From positions 1,410,001-1,442,000 of the forward strand of contig NC_014148.1 in the NCBI RefSeq assembly GCF_000092105.1: a stretch of DNA of 32,000 nt, given 5' to 3'. This DNA comes from Planctopirus limnophila DSM 3776 (GTDB lineage Bacteria > Planctomycetota > Planctomycetia > Planctomycetales > Planctomycetaceae). The translations under genes were made by a program, and so were the position numbers. Shown here one piece after another: positions 8,688 through 16,957 of this stretch (positions are counted from its first letter, which is position 1; every line of letters begins with the position of its first letter). A model generated the notes under the pieces. It was not told where the DNA came from. It was given only the letters and a program-made list of their open reading frames with translations, and searched no databases.

Positions 8688-9829
8688 CCTCGGAAGACAA
8701 TCGCGGGATCAACTGTCAACACCTTTCGAACACTGACGATGCAGGCCAATAAGGTGACTAATACAATAAAAACTCCTGAACCCATGAAGATGAACGGATG
8801 CATGAACATCCCCCGTAAGCCGCCCGAGAGTTGAGTGCTGGAGATGGCAAAGAACAAACTGGCAACACCGATGCCGAGGCAGTATCCGATCAACGATACA
8901 AAGAGTGCCTGGATCATGATCATCTTGAGGATGATCCAGTTGGCGATACCAATCGCTTTCAAGGTCGCAAACTGCTTCAGGTTTTCGACGCTGAACATGT
9001 AGAAGGTCTGTCCTACAATTGCGACACCGATGACGACCCCCATTAAAATTGTGATTCCAAAATTTTCAGCAATACCTGAATACTTTAGGATCCAGAGTCG
9101 AGTTTCGTCCATAAATGCATTGCGAGTTCGCGCCTTAAGACCCGTTAAGCTGGTGATTTTCCGAGCGACTTCTTCGGGTGAGTTTCCTTGACGAGCCCTC
9201 GCCAGCACATAGGTCACGGGATTCAGAGTTTCTCTTGCCATGGCCACACCCAGGCTTCTTCGCGTGTAGATGCGAGGTAAACCGTTCCAGGAGGTGCCGA
9301 TGTAGCAAATCCCGACAATGACTGCGCGGCGCTGCCCGATTTCAACGGTGGCACCCGTCTGGGGTGGTGTCTCCGGGAAGATATTTATGTAGCCGGCAAT
9401 ATCCATGATGATTGCGTCGGGACGCTGCAGATCCTTGAGATCGCCGATCAGCATCTGCTGGGGAGCACCTACCATTGATAGATCGTCGATGCCTATCAAT
9501 TGCACAGACTTCATCCTGCCGTCCTCGGTCCGCAGCTGTGCAATGGATTGATAGTAGGGCACTGCCCATTCCACACCATCGATGGAACGGACGCGATTCA
9601 CGGCTAACTCCGCCATGGGGTAGCCTTGCTCAAGCGTTTCGACACTGGGCTTCATGACCCAGATATCGGCCTGGTTTGCTTCGAGGATTTCTCGTGTCGA
9701 TGCATACATCAGCGAGTGGAAAATTGCGGATTGCTGGCTGATGAGAAGCGTAGCGAATGAGATCCCTAACACGAGTGCCAGATACTTGGCCTTGTCGTGC
9801 AACAATATTTTGAATGCCACAAATATCAT
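8684..9829 (-). CDS. FtsX/MacB-like ABC permease (DevC-like, about 380 aa)
   Basis: 381 aa. An N-terminal TM helix is followed by a large extracytoplasmic domain and a C-terminal FtsX-type 3-TM bundle. It sits in an operon with the ATPase and the HlyD adaptor. Confidence 0.85.
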   Translation of the reverse strand: MIFVAFKILLHDKAKYLALVLGISFATLLISQQSAIFHSLMYASTREILEANQADIWVMKPSVETLEQGYPMAELAVNRVRSIDGVEWAVPYYQSIAQLRTEDGRMKSVQLIGIDDLSMVGAPQQMLIGDLKDLQRPDAIIMDIAGYINIFPETPPQTGATVEIGQRRAVIVGICYIGTSWNGLPRIYTRRSLGVAMARETLNPVTYVLARARQGNSPEEVARKITSLTGLKARTRNAFMDETRLWILKYSGIAENFGITILMGVVIGVAIVGQTFYMFSVENLKQFATLKAIGIANWIILKMIMIQALFVSLIGYCLGIGVASLFFAISSTQLSGGLRGMFMHPFIFMGSGVFIVLVTLLACIVSVRKVLTVDPAIVFRG

Positions 9830-9877
9830 GATTCCCTCTTTCGCCTTTCGATGATCTGATCGAGGAATGGCCTTGCT

Positions 9878-10522
9878 TCAATTTATTGTCGGGTACGCCT
9901 GTTCGTAGCGAGTGACCGCATCGAGGGTCACGTGAGCGATCATTTCCACAAAGGATTCGCTTTCTCGAACATTTTCGACAACCCTGGGTGCGAAGTCTTC
10001 AAGAAGCCGTCGGTGCGTCATAAAGGTCGAAGTGAGAAGATGCATCGAAATCGTGCCGAACCGAACAGAGTCAGAGTCCTTGGACTTGCCAGAAGCGCGG
10101 CTGATCACTTCGCAGAGCCAATCAAACTCGGGCAAGTAATGCCGCTTGAGAACCTTCCTAAACGAGGCTGACGGATCGATGGCTTCGCGTTCAATCAGCT
10201 TCAGGGGCCACGCGACCTTTTGAGCTGAGTAATCTTTGATCATCCATTGGATGGCCAACCGAAGACCCTCAGCGGGAGCAGCTGCGAGGGCTTGCTCCGC
10301 CAGGGGCTGGGCCTCCTCGGATATCTTGACTGCCGTAATGAGCACTTCGTCGTACAGCTTTTCCATGCTTCCAAAGTGGTAAGGAATCGCCCCCAGAGAA
10401 ACGCCAGCCTTTGAGGCAACTTGCCTGGCAGTAACGCCGGAGAAGCCCGAAATTGCGAACAATTCGCCTGCGGCCTGAATCACTGTGGCTTTCGTTTTTT
10501 GTGAATCTCTGGCAGCACCCAT
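9878..10522 (-). CDS. TetR/AcrR-family transcriptional regulator
   Basis: The N-terminal HTH TKATVIQAAGELFAISGFSGVTARQVASKAGVSLGAIPYHFGSMEKLY is typical of the family. It is the first gene of the co-directional exporter operon. Confidence 0.9.
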   Translation of the reverse strand: MGAARDSQKTKATVIQAAGELFAISGFSGVTARQVASKAGVSLGAIPYHFGSMEKLYDEVLITAVKISEEAQPLAEQALAAAPAEGLRLAIQWMIKDYSAQKVAWPLKLIEREAIDPSASFRKVLKRHYLPEFDWLCEVISRASGKSKDSDSVRFGTISMHLLTSTFMTHRRLLEDFAPRVVENVRESESFVEMIAHVTLDAVTRYEQAYPTIN

Positions 10523-10555
10523 TTCGGCTTTCTCCCATTCCAGCCTCTGCGTGTG

Positions 10556-10593
10556 GTACGGATGTATTGTACGAATGTATTACACAGCGTCAA
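10556..10593 (-). promoter_or_regulatory. Sigma-70-like promoter of the tetR-exporter operon, overlapped by a tandem 13-mer (candidate operator)
   Basis: Read on the minus strand: TTGACG (10593-10588), a 16-nt spacer, then TACAAT (10571-10566), about 45 nt upstream of the tetR ATG. On the + strand, 10556-10581 is gtacgGatgtatt gtacgAatgtatt, a 13-bp direct repeat that covers the -10 hexamer, part of the spacer and the predicted transcription start. Confidence 0.45.
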
Positions 10594-10689
10594 GTCTCGT
10601 CTGAAGAAAAAAACTGCTCTGACAAAATGACGGCGAAGAACGACTGTTATGCCGGTCGAGCGGCCACAATTGATTCATGAGAATCGTGC

Positions 10690-11040
10690 TCAACGTCTTG
10701 TTGAGTCGGGAGGTGTCTGGTTGGCCTGGCTTTGGGCCTGTTGCTGGGCTGCGTAGGCTTCCTGCTGGATCGAATCATAGCTGGGGCCGCCGTATTCGCT
10801 GCGCTGCGGTGTTTCGTTCTCGGCAGGCTTGTGATCCCAGTAATCGATCCGCCAATCCCCTGTGCGGTCGTTCTCGTAGTACTTGTAATACTGCGTATCA
10901 CTGGCCCAACCTTCACTCGACAGATGCCAGTCGCCCAGATACGACGGTTCATAGCCACCCATGGCGTTGGTGAACGCCTGGGGAATGAACGGCAGGTTGT
11001 AATAGTTGTACGGGGCCAGTGCCTGATTGATCAGGCTCAT
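10690..11040 (-). CDS. Hypothetical small protein, rich in Tyr/Trp/Asp with a Gln/Ala-rich tail
   Basis: 116-aa ORF with an ATG start and no family I recognise. The overlapping + strand ORFs are Arg-rich and look like junk, so this is the most protein-like frame in the region. Confidence 0.4.
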   Translation of the reverse strand: MSLINQALAPYNYYNLPFIPQAFTNAMGGYEPSYLGDWHLSSEGWASDTQYYKYYENDRTGDWRIDYWDHKPAENETPQRSEYGGPSYDSIQQEAYAAQQQAQSQANQTPPDSTRR

Positions 11041-11265
11041 GGGATTCGAAAAGGTCTACGCCCCGCAGAAACACATCAATGAGTGCTTACCTCTTGGATT
11101 CCCCCGTCATCACAGTTACAGTGAATTGTTCCTCAACACTGAAGTCGCGCCGACATCCAACCCTTGTGCCGCCAGCCCAAAGTTTGATTGTCGCGACAAA
11201 ACATGCCTGCCGAGTTTATCCATCCCATGTCGCACTATCCTGTCCTCAAATTTGTCCCTCACGTC

Positions 11266-13728
11266 ATGCCTCGAAATGGCATTGCGTTGCTTCGTGGGTT
11301 GTGTTGGGTCTGCCTCGCATTCGCCATCTGGCTCTGCTCACCATCGACGTCTGCATTTGCTCAGGTTGATTTTGCGCATCAGATCGTCCCGATTCTCCGC
11401 AAACACTGCGTGGAATGTCATTCCGGGACAAAAATCAGCGGCGGCCTCTCACTCAATGATCAGGCAACGTTTCTTCAAGGCAGTGAAAACGGTCGTATCG
11501 TCGATTTCGCACAGCCCGATAAAAGTCTGTTACTCCATGTGGTCACCACGGACGACACCGATTTCCGCATGCCTCCGAAAGGCCCGGGGCTCACAAAAGA
11601 AGAAGCCGCTCTGCTCCGCCAGTGGATCAAGGAAAAGGCACCCTGGGAACCTGGCTTCGCCTTCACCAGGCCCGCTTATGAACCTCCTTTAAAGCCACGA
11701 AAAGTGGAATTGCCCCCCATTCTGAATGGCCGGGCTCATCCCATTGATCGTCTGGTCGATGCTTCATTTGCCAGCAGACAAATCGAGCGCCCCGCCGGCA
11801 TTTCCGATGGTGAGTTTCTCCGTCGTGCCTCACTCGATCTGATTGGCTTGCTCCCCACACCGGAAGAATATGCCGCGTTCATGGCTGATCATCATCCGGA
11901 CAAACGCACGCGGCTCATTCAATCGTTATTGAATCGGGATGTCGATTACGCCGAACACTGGCTCAGCTTCTGGAACGACTTACTACGCAATGATTACAGC
12001 GGCACCGGCTTCATCACGGGGGGACGCAAACAGATCAGCAGTTGGCTCTATGAATCACTCCTCAACAATCTCCCCTACGATCAATTGGCCCGTGAACTCA
12101 TCGCACCACCCAACCCTGAAAGTCGTGGCTATATCGATGGGATTACCTGGCGCGGCACAGTCAGTGCCGGTCAGACCGTCGAGATTCAATTTGCTCAAAG
12201 CGTGGGCCAGTCCTTCCTGGGCATCAACTTGAAATGTGCTTCCTGCCACGACAGTTTCATCGATCGCTGGAAACTGGATGAAGCCTATGGACTCGCCGCC
12301 ATCTACTCGACGAGACCCCTGGAGATCCATCGCTGCGACAAGCCCACAGGCCGTATGGCGAAGGCCTACTGGCCCTTCCCGGAACTCGGGCAAGTCGACG
12401 CTGCCGCTCCGCGTGAAGAACGACTGAAACAACTGGCCAACCTCATGACGCATCCCGAAAACGGGCGTTTCACACGGACGATCGTCAATCGTTTATGGCA
12501 TCGCCTGATGGGCCGTGGCATTGTTCACCCTCTCGATGCCATGCAGAGCGAGCCCGAGAACGCCGACCTGCTCGATTATCTGGCCAATCATCTGCAGGAG
12601 CATCAATACGATCTCAAGCAGACACTGGAGTTCATCGCCACCTCGGAAATTTACCAGGCAAAAGCCGCATCCGTTTCCGAAGAATCGATGCAGGCGAACT
12701 TCCACGGCCCGAGAGCCAGACGCCTTTCCGCCGAGCAATTCGTCGATGCCGTCTGGCAACTCACCGGCACTGCTCCCAAAAAGCCTGATGCCAACGTCGT
12801 GCGAGGCAAACTCGATCCCTCTCTGCTGGAGGCCACAGCCCAGGCCATGACCGCCGCATGGATCTGGGGAGACTCTGCGCGAGATGGCAAGTCTCCACCA
12901 GCCAACGAAACGCTCACCTTCCGCACCACCATCAACCTGCTCGAAGTGCCTCACAAAGCAGCGGCGATCATTTCCTGCGATAACGAGTACACCATCTATT
13001 TGAACGGCAAGAAGCTGGGCGATGGCAAAAACTGGGAAACTCTTGGTAGCTATTCACTGACCTCCGCCCTCAAGGCCAATCAACCCAATGAACTGCTGGT
13101 CGTCGGCAAAAATGCGGGAGCAGGCAACAATCCCGCCGGTTTGTTTGTGGAAATACAACTCATTCAGAAAGACGGCAGCCGGCAGCACATTGGCAGCTCG
13201 ACCCAATGGGAATGGAGCCCCACGCTCCCGGACGCCAAAGGGAAATACGCCCAGCAGCCGACCGACTGGAAACCAGCCGTCAAAGTCCCGGCACTCGATG
13301 TCTGGACGCAGCGTACCATGCAGCCCGCCATCAACCGTCTCGTCGAACTCAACTTTGATCAAGACCACATGGTCCGCAGCTCGCTGGTGAAAAGTGATTT
13401 TCTCATGCGTTCCCTCGGACGCCCCAACCGCGATCAGATTGTTTCCATGAGGCCCAATGATCTCACAACGCTCGAGGCGATTGATCTCTCCAACGGAGAA
13501 ACATTAGCAACGGCTCTGGATCAAGGTGCCAGGTTGCTTCTGGAAAAAGATTTTGCCACAACTCCCGAACTGGTCAATTGGATCTATAGCTACGCACTTT
13601 CCCGGCCGCCAACAGAAACGGAATTAGCAACCACAGTGGCGGCTCTGGGTGACGAACCCACCCGGGAAAACGTGGCCGACCTGCTCTGGGCCATCCTGAT
13701 GCAACCCGAATTTTTCTATGTCAATTGA
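11266..13728 (+). CDS. Planctomycete PSCyt1 (CxxCH) / DUF1549 / DUF1553 (PSD1) protein with an inserted beta-sandwich-like segment
   Basis: The signal peptide is MPRNGIALLRGLCWVCLAFAIWLCSPSTSAFA, followed by FAHQIVPILRKHCVECHSG (a heme-binding-like CxxCH). A DUF1549-type region (FLRRASLDLIGLLPT) and a C-terminal DUF1553/PSD1-type region follow. The track start at 11188 is TTG. I chose the ATG at 11266 because it gives a canonical signal peptide. Confidence 0.85.
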   Translation: MPRNGIALLRGLCWVCLAFAIWLCSPSTSAFAQVDFAHQIVPILRKHCVECHSGTKISGGLSLNDQATFLQGSENGRIVDFAQPDKSLLLHVVTTDDTDFRMPPKGPGLTKEEAALLRQWIKEKAPWEPGFAFTRPAYEPPLKPRKVELPPILNGRAHPIDRLVDASFASRQIERPAGISDGEFLRRASLDLIGLLPTPEEYAAFMADHHPDKRTRLIQSLLNRDVDYAEHWLSFWNDLLRNDYSGTGFITGGRKQISSWLYESLLNNLPYDQLARELIAPPNPESRGYIDGITWRGTVSAGQTVEIQFAQSVGQSFLGINLKCASCHDSFIDRWKLDEAYGLAAIYSTRPLEIHRCDKPTGRMAKAYWPFPELGQVDAAAPREERLKQLANLMTHPENGRFTRTIVNRLWHRLMGRGIVHPLDAMQSEPENADLLDYLANHLQEHQYDLKQTLEFIATSEIYQAKAASVSEESMQANFHGPRARRLSAEQFVDAVWQLTGTAPKKPDANVVRGKLDPSLLEATAQAMTAAWIWGDSARDGKSPPANETLTFRTTINLLEVPHKAAAIISCDNEYTIYLNGKKLGDGKNWETLGSYSLTSALKANQPNELLVVGKNAGAGNNPAGLFVEIQLIQKDGSRQHIGSSTQWEWSPTLPDAKGKYAQQPTDWKPAVKVPALDVWTQRTMQPAINRLVELNFDQDHMVRSSLVKSDFLMRSLGRPNRDQIVSMRPNDLTTLEAIDLSNGETLATALDQGARLLLEKDFATTPELVNWIYSYALSRPPTETELATTVAALGDEPTRENVADLLWAILMQPEFFYVN

Positions 13729-13814
13729 TCCGATAATTTCCAATGACTTGAACATCAATCTCGTGGGAAGGCAACGGTTTCCCTTCGAGATCGCACCATA
13801 CGAAAGATGGAAAA

Positions 13815-15272
13815 ATGGCTTTTGAAATTGATCCTTCCACGCCGCGGTCGATTGTCCGGCGGGATTTTGTCAAAGCCTTGACGATGGCTGGTCTGGCCGC
13901 CATGGCCACAGGCGAACCACGAGTCGTACGGGCCAATTCCGAAGAGCCGCTGGTCCATCCCAAACCGACGGCCGATGCCTGCATTCTGCTGTGGATGGCC
14001 GGCGGTATGGCGGCTCCCGACAACTTTGACCCCAAACGCTACCGCCCTTTCGAAAAGGGCCTGGCCGTCGCGGAGATGCTCAGCACGTTCCCCGCCATCA
14101 ATACCTCCATTGATGGTGTGCAGATTTGCGAAGGGCTCGAAAACATCGCGCAGATCCTCCATCGCGGGACGCTCATTCGCAGTGCTGTCCAACCCGATCT
14201 GGGGAGCATTCTCCATAGCCGCCATCAGTATCACTGGCATACAGGCTATGTCCCTCCCCAGACAGTCGCCTGCCCGCATTTAGGTTCGTGGATGGCAAAG
14301 GTCCTTGGGCCGCGAAATCCCGTCATGCCCGCGTTCATCAATATCGGGCAGAGACTGGAAGGTGTCGGTGAAAGCGAAGAACTCAAGGCGTTTACGACAG
14401 CCGGATTCTTTGGCAGCGAGTTCGGGCCGATGAACCTTCCGTTCCCGGAAGAAGCGGCTCAATCGGTCAAGCCGCCCCAGGGCATGACCAACGCGCGATT
14501 CGCCAATCGTGAGCGGCTCTTCCGGCAGTTGATCGACAAAAATCCCCATCGCGACCAGCTCAGCGATTATCAGCAGCAATCGATGCTCCGCAGTCTCGAC
14601 AACGCCTACCGTCTGCTCAGTTCCAAAGAGCGGGAAGCGTTTGATATCACGCTGGAACCGAAAGAGGTTCAGGAAAAGTACAATACCGGTCGCTTTGGCA
14701 GAGGTTGTCTCCTTGCCCGCCGACTCATTGAGAATGGCGCACGGTTCGTGGAAGTCACGACCGAGTATGTTCCGTTCCTGCACTGGGACACGCATGCAAA
14801 TGGGCATGAAACCGTGGCCCGCATGCACCAGGAAATTGATCGCCCGATTGCCACACTCGTTCAAGAACTCGATGAACGAGGGCTGCTCGATCGCACCCTG
14901 GTGATTGTCGCCAGCGAGTTCAGTCGCGACGCCCTCATGGAAGGAAAACCCGGCTCAAACGCAGGGGATCAAGCCGCCTTCCGCGACGACAACATCAGTG
15001 AAATGGCCCATTACGGCCTGCATCGACATTTCACTGGCGGCAGCAGCGTCCTGATGTTTGGCGGTGGCATGAAAAAAGCCTACGTCCATGGCCAGACGGC
15101 TGATGAACGCCCGCTGATTGCCATCAAAGATCCCGTCACCGTCATGGACTTGCATGCCACAATCATGACGGCCATGGGCATCAGCCCCAAGACGGCCTAT
15201 TCCATTGAAGGCCGCCCATTCTATGTCACAGAAGATGGTAAAGGCCTCCCCGTCCAGCAGCTCTTCACCTAA
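13815..15272 (+). CDS. DUF1501 family protein (sulfatase / alkaline-phosphatase-like fold) with a twin-arginine signal
   Basis: The Tat motif is SIVRRDFVKALTMAGLAAMATG. The 485-aa length and the position right after a DUF1549/DUF1553 gene match the standard Planctomycete two-gene cassette. Confidence 0.85.
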   Translation: MAFEIDPSTPRSIVRRDFVKALTMAGLAAMATGEPRVVRANSEEPLVHPKPTADACILLWMAGGMAAPDNFDPKRYRPFEKGLAVAEMLSTFPAINTSIDGVQICEGLENIAQILHRGTLIRSAVQPDLGSILHSRHQYHWHTGYVPPQTVACPHLGSWMAKVLGPRNPVMPAFINIGQRLEGVGESEELKAFTTAGFFGSEFGPMNLPFPEEAAQSVKPPQGMTNARFANRERLFRQLIDKNPHRDQLSDYQQQSMLRSLDNAYRLLSSKEREAFDITLEPKEVQEKYNTGRFGRGCLLARRLIENGARFVEVTTEYVPFLHWDTHANGHETVARMHQEIDRPIATLVQELDERGLLDRTLVIVASEFSRDALMEGKPGSNAGDQAAFRDDNISEMAHYGLHRHFTGGSSVLMFGGGMKKAYVHGQTADERPLIAIKDPVTVMDLHATIMTAMGISPKTAYSIEGRPFYVTEDGKGLPVQQLFT

Positions 15273-15283
15273 CTGTCCCTGAG

Positions 15284-15305
15284 GTAGGGCAGGCTCCCGC
15301 CTGCC
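15284..15305 (+). terminator. GTAG plus GC-rich hairpin 12 nt after the DUF1501 stop (REP-like; possible terminator)
   Basis: GTAG-GGCAGGC-tccc-GCCTGCC forms a 7-bp stem and is followed by ttccttct. The T tract is weak, so a terminator role is tentative. Confidence 0.35.
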
Positions 15306-15319
15306 TTCCTTCTGCCTAG

Positions 15320-15472
15320 CACCGTAGGGTCCGCTCTGCGGACCATATTCGGCATCCCACCACCCGCGACATCTTCAAAGGTAGGGGACATGCCAATACA
15401 CCAACTCGCACAACCGGGTACCACTGCTGGCTTGCCCAGCAGTGGTTCTTCAGAAAGAGTGGTTAAGGAAAG
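15320..15472 (+). repeat. Mosaic repeat copy 5: P, then Q, then the lead-in to R
   Basis: P starts at 15320 (caccGTAGGGTCCGCtctGCGGACCat...). Q hairpin CCACTGCTGG-cttgc-CCAGCAGTGG lies at 15421-15445 and gtggttaagg at 15459-15468. The copy runs directly into the tandem array. Confidence 0.85.
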
Positions 15473-16337
15473 CAGGGTGGCCCAGGCGTGGCTCTAAACG
15501 TCTGGGTGAAGATAGAAACAAGAAACACCGTTTCCCGGGGTGGCACGTCCCTGAGGTCCCCCGAAGGGCGTGGTTTTGACCATGGATCAAGATAGAAATA
15601 TACCCCATTGTGTGCCATGCTTGCGGCTCTGAGCAAGCATGTGTTTTCAAATTCAAAGATCAATGCCATCCACAAATCCAGCACGCTCACTCAAAACCGC
15701 CACGATCGCACGAAGCTCTCTTATTCTGATCAAACAGGTTGGCCCAGGTTGACTGTACTCAGTCTACCTGGGTGGCAACGCCACAAGAGGTTAATGAGAT
15801 CGAAGTGAGCTCGCAGGGTGGCCCAGGCGTGGCTCAAAACGTCTGGGTAAAGATAGAAACAAGAAACACCGTTTCCCCGGGGTGGCACGTCCCTGAGGTC
15901 CCCCGAAGGGCGTGGTTTTGACCAGGGATCAAGATGGAAATATACCCCATTGTGTGCCATGCTTGCGGCTCTGAGCAAGCATGTGTTTTCAAATTCAAAG
16001 ATCAATGCCATCCACAAATCCAGCATGCTCAATTGAAACCGCCACGATCGCACGAAGCTCTCTTATTCTGATCAAACAGGGTGGCCCAGGCGTGGCTCTA
16101 AACGTCTGGGTGACGACAGTCACAAGAAACTCCATCGACGGGGTTGCACGTCCCTGAGGTCCCCCGAAGGGCGTGGTTTTAACCATGGATCACGATGGAA
16201 ATATACCCTATTGTGAGCCATGCTTGTGGCTCTGAGCAAGCATGTGTTTTCAAATTCAAAGATCAATGCCATCCACGAATCCAGCACGCTCACTCAAAAC
16301 CGCCACGATCGAACAAAGCTCATCCTCTCTGAACAAA
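15473..16337 (+). repeat. Tandem array of three units of about 262 bp (R, middle segment, S) plus a 79-bp partial unit
   Basis: Unit A is 15473-15734, the partial 5' module is 15735-15813, unit B is 15814-16076 and unit C is 16077-16337. A and B differ at about 9 positions, including a 1-nt indel. C diverges from them mainly within 16111-16140. No reading frame is conserved across units. Confidence 0.9.
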
Positions 16338-16449
16338 CCATCCAGCCGATGATTTCATGACGGCGAGAAATGAAGAACTGAAAGTATAACTAGAACGTTG
16401 TTTAAAGCGACTATTGACGGACCGTTGGCACACAAAAATAGGTGCATCT

Positions 16450-16878
16450 ATGGCGGAAATATCAGATATTGAAGAGGAATGTGAAGATTTAGACTGGTAT
16501 GCTGTTGATAAATCGGGGTGTATTGGGCACTTTGCGACCGGAGGGCGTGGATTCCTGCCTCGATCCGTCAAGAATTCTTCTGAAAATCGTTTGGCGTTGC
16601 ATTCTTTTTTTGTTGAATTGCCTGTGTCTTGTGCAAGCGTTTGTACTGACGCAGCCGGTAACAACGACTTCTTTCTTGCAATGTCGGGCAGGGGACTATA
16701 TTCATACGACTACCTACCTGGAAAAGGTCGCAATCTCGGCTATTCGCGCAACTGCATACCCACGTCTCCTCTAAAATGCGAAGCATGTCCAGAGAAAATA
16801 CAAGCGATACTTAAGCACACGATATCCTACGTATTGTTCTCTCAGGCTGAAAACGTCTCACCCCAAATGTTTTCGTAG
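16450..16878 (+). CDS. Hypothetical protein (orphan, lower-GC islet)
   Basis: 142 aa from the ATG at 16450 (MAEISDIEEECEDLDWYAVDKSGCIGHFATGGRGFLP...). The track start at 16414 is TTG. My hand count gives 37-47% GC over 16321-16500, against 57% in the one core-gene line I counted (12001-12060). I recognise no family. Confidence 0.5.
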   Translation: MAEISDIEEECEDLDWYAVDKSGCIGHFATGGRGFLPRSVKNSSENRLALHSFFVELPVSCASVCTDAAGNNDFFLAMSGRGLYSYDYLPGKGRNLGYSRNCIPTSPLKCEACPEKIQAILKHTISYVLFSQAENVSPQMFS

Positions 16879-16886
16879 CGCTGTTA

Positions 16887-16957
16887 GGTGGCAGGGTGGC
16901 CCAGACGTGACTCTGCACGTCTGGGTGACGAAAGTCACATGACGCACCCTGCGAACT
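16887..16957 (+). repeat. Compact R-type element with a predicted three-way junction
   Basis: The closing stem is GCAGGGTG (16891-16898) / CACCCTGC (16945-16952). Hairpin 1 is CCCAGACGTG-actctg-CACGTCTGGG (16900-16925, 10 bp perfect). Hairpin 2 is TGAC-GAAA-GTCA (16926-16937). It is homologous to the first ~80 nt of each tandem unit. Confidence 0.75.

Noticed and set aside
15450-16186. Minus-strand track ORFs inside the tandem array (15450-15656, 15463-15690, 15730-16053, 15995-16186), whose peptides look conserved (..LDLWMALIFEFENTCLLRAASMAHNGVYF..)
   Set aside because: The similarity is only nucleotide repetition. Units A and B differ by a 1-nt indel, and unit C by further changes that shift or break the frames. 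The ORF boundaries also differ from unit to unit.
15473-16337. CRISPR array
   Set aside because: The repeat units are about 262 bp and abut directly, with no unique spacers. The only insert is a 79-bp partial copy. No cas genes are present.
4295-16957. Integron gene-cassette array or CALIN, with the repeats acting as attC sites (small same-strand genes separated by structured repeats; GTTAGGT at 16884-16890 fits the GTTRRRY core)
   Set aside because: attC sites read 5'-RYYYAAC...GTTRRRY-3'. The compact element reads 5'-GTT...AAC-3' on either strand, which is the opposite geometry. The P and Q modules form local hairpins rather than end-to-end pairing. No intI gene is present in the window.
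16887-16957. Hammerhead-type self-cleaving ribozyme (three-way junction with a GAAA loop)
   Set aside because: The conserved core is absent. There is no CUGANGA before the second stem and no GAAA junction strand after it. The GAAA here is a hairpin loop.
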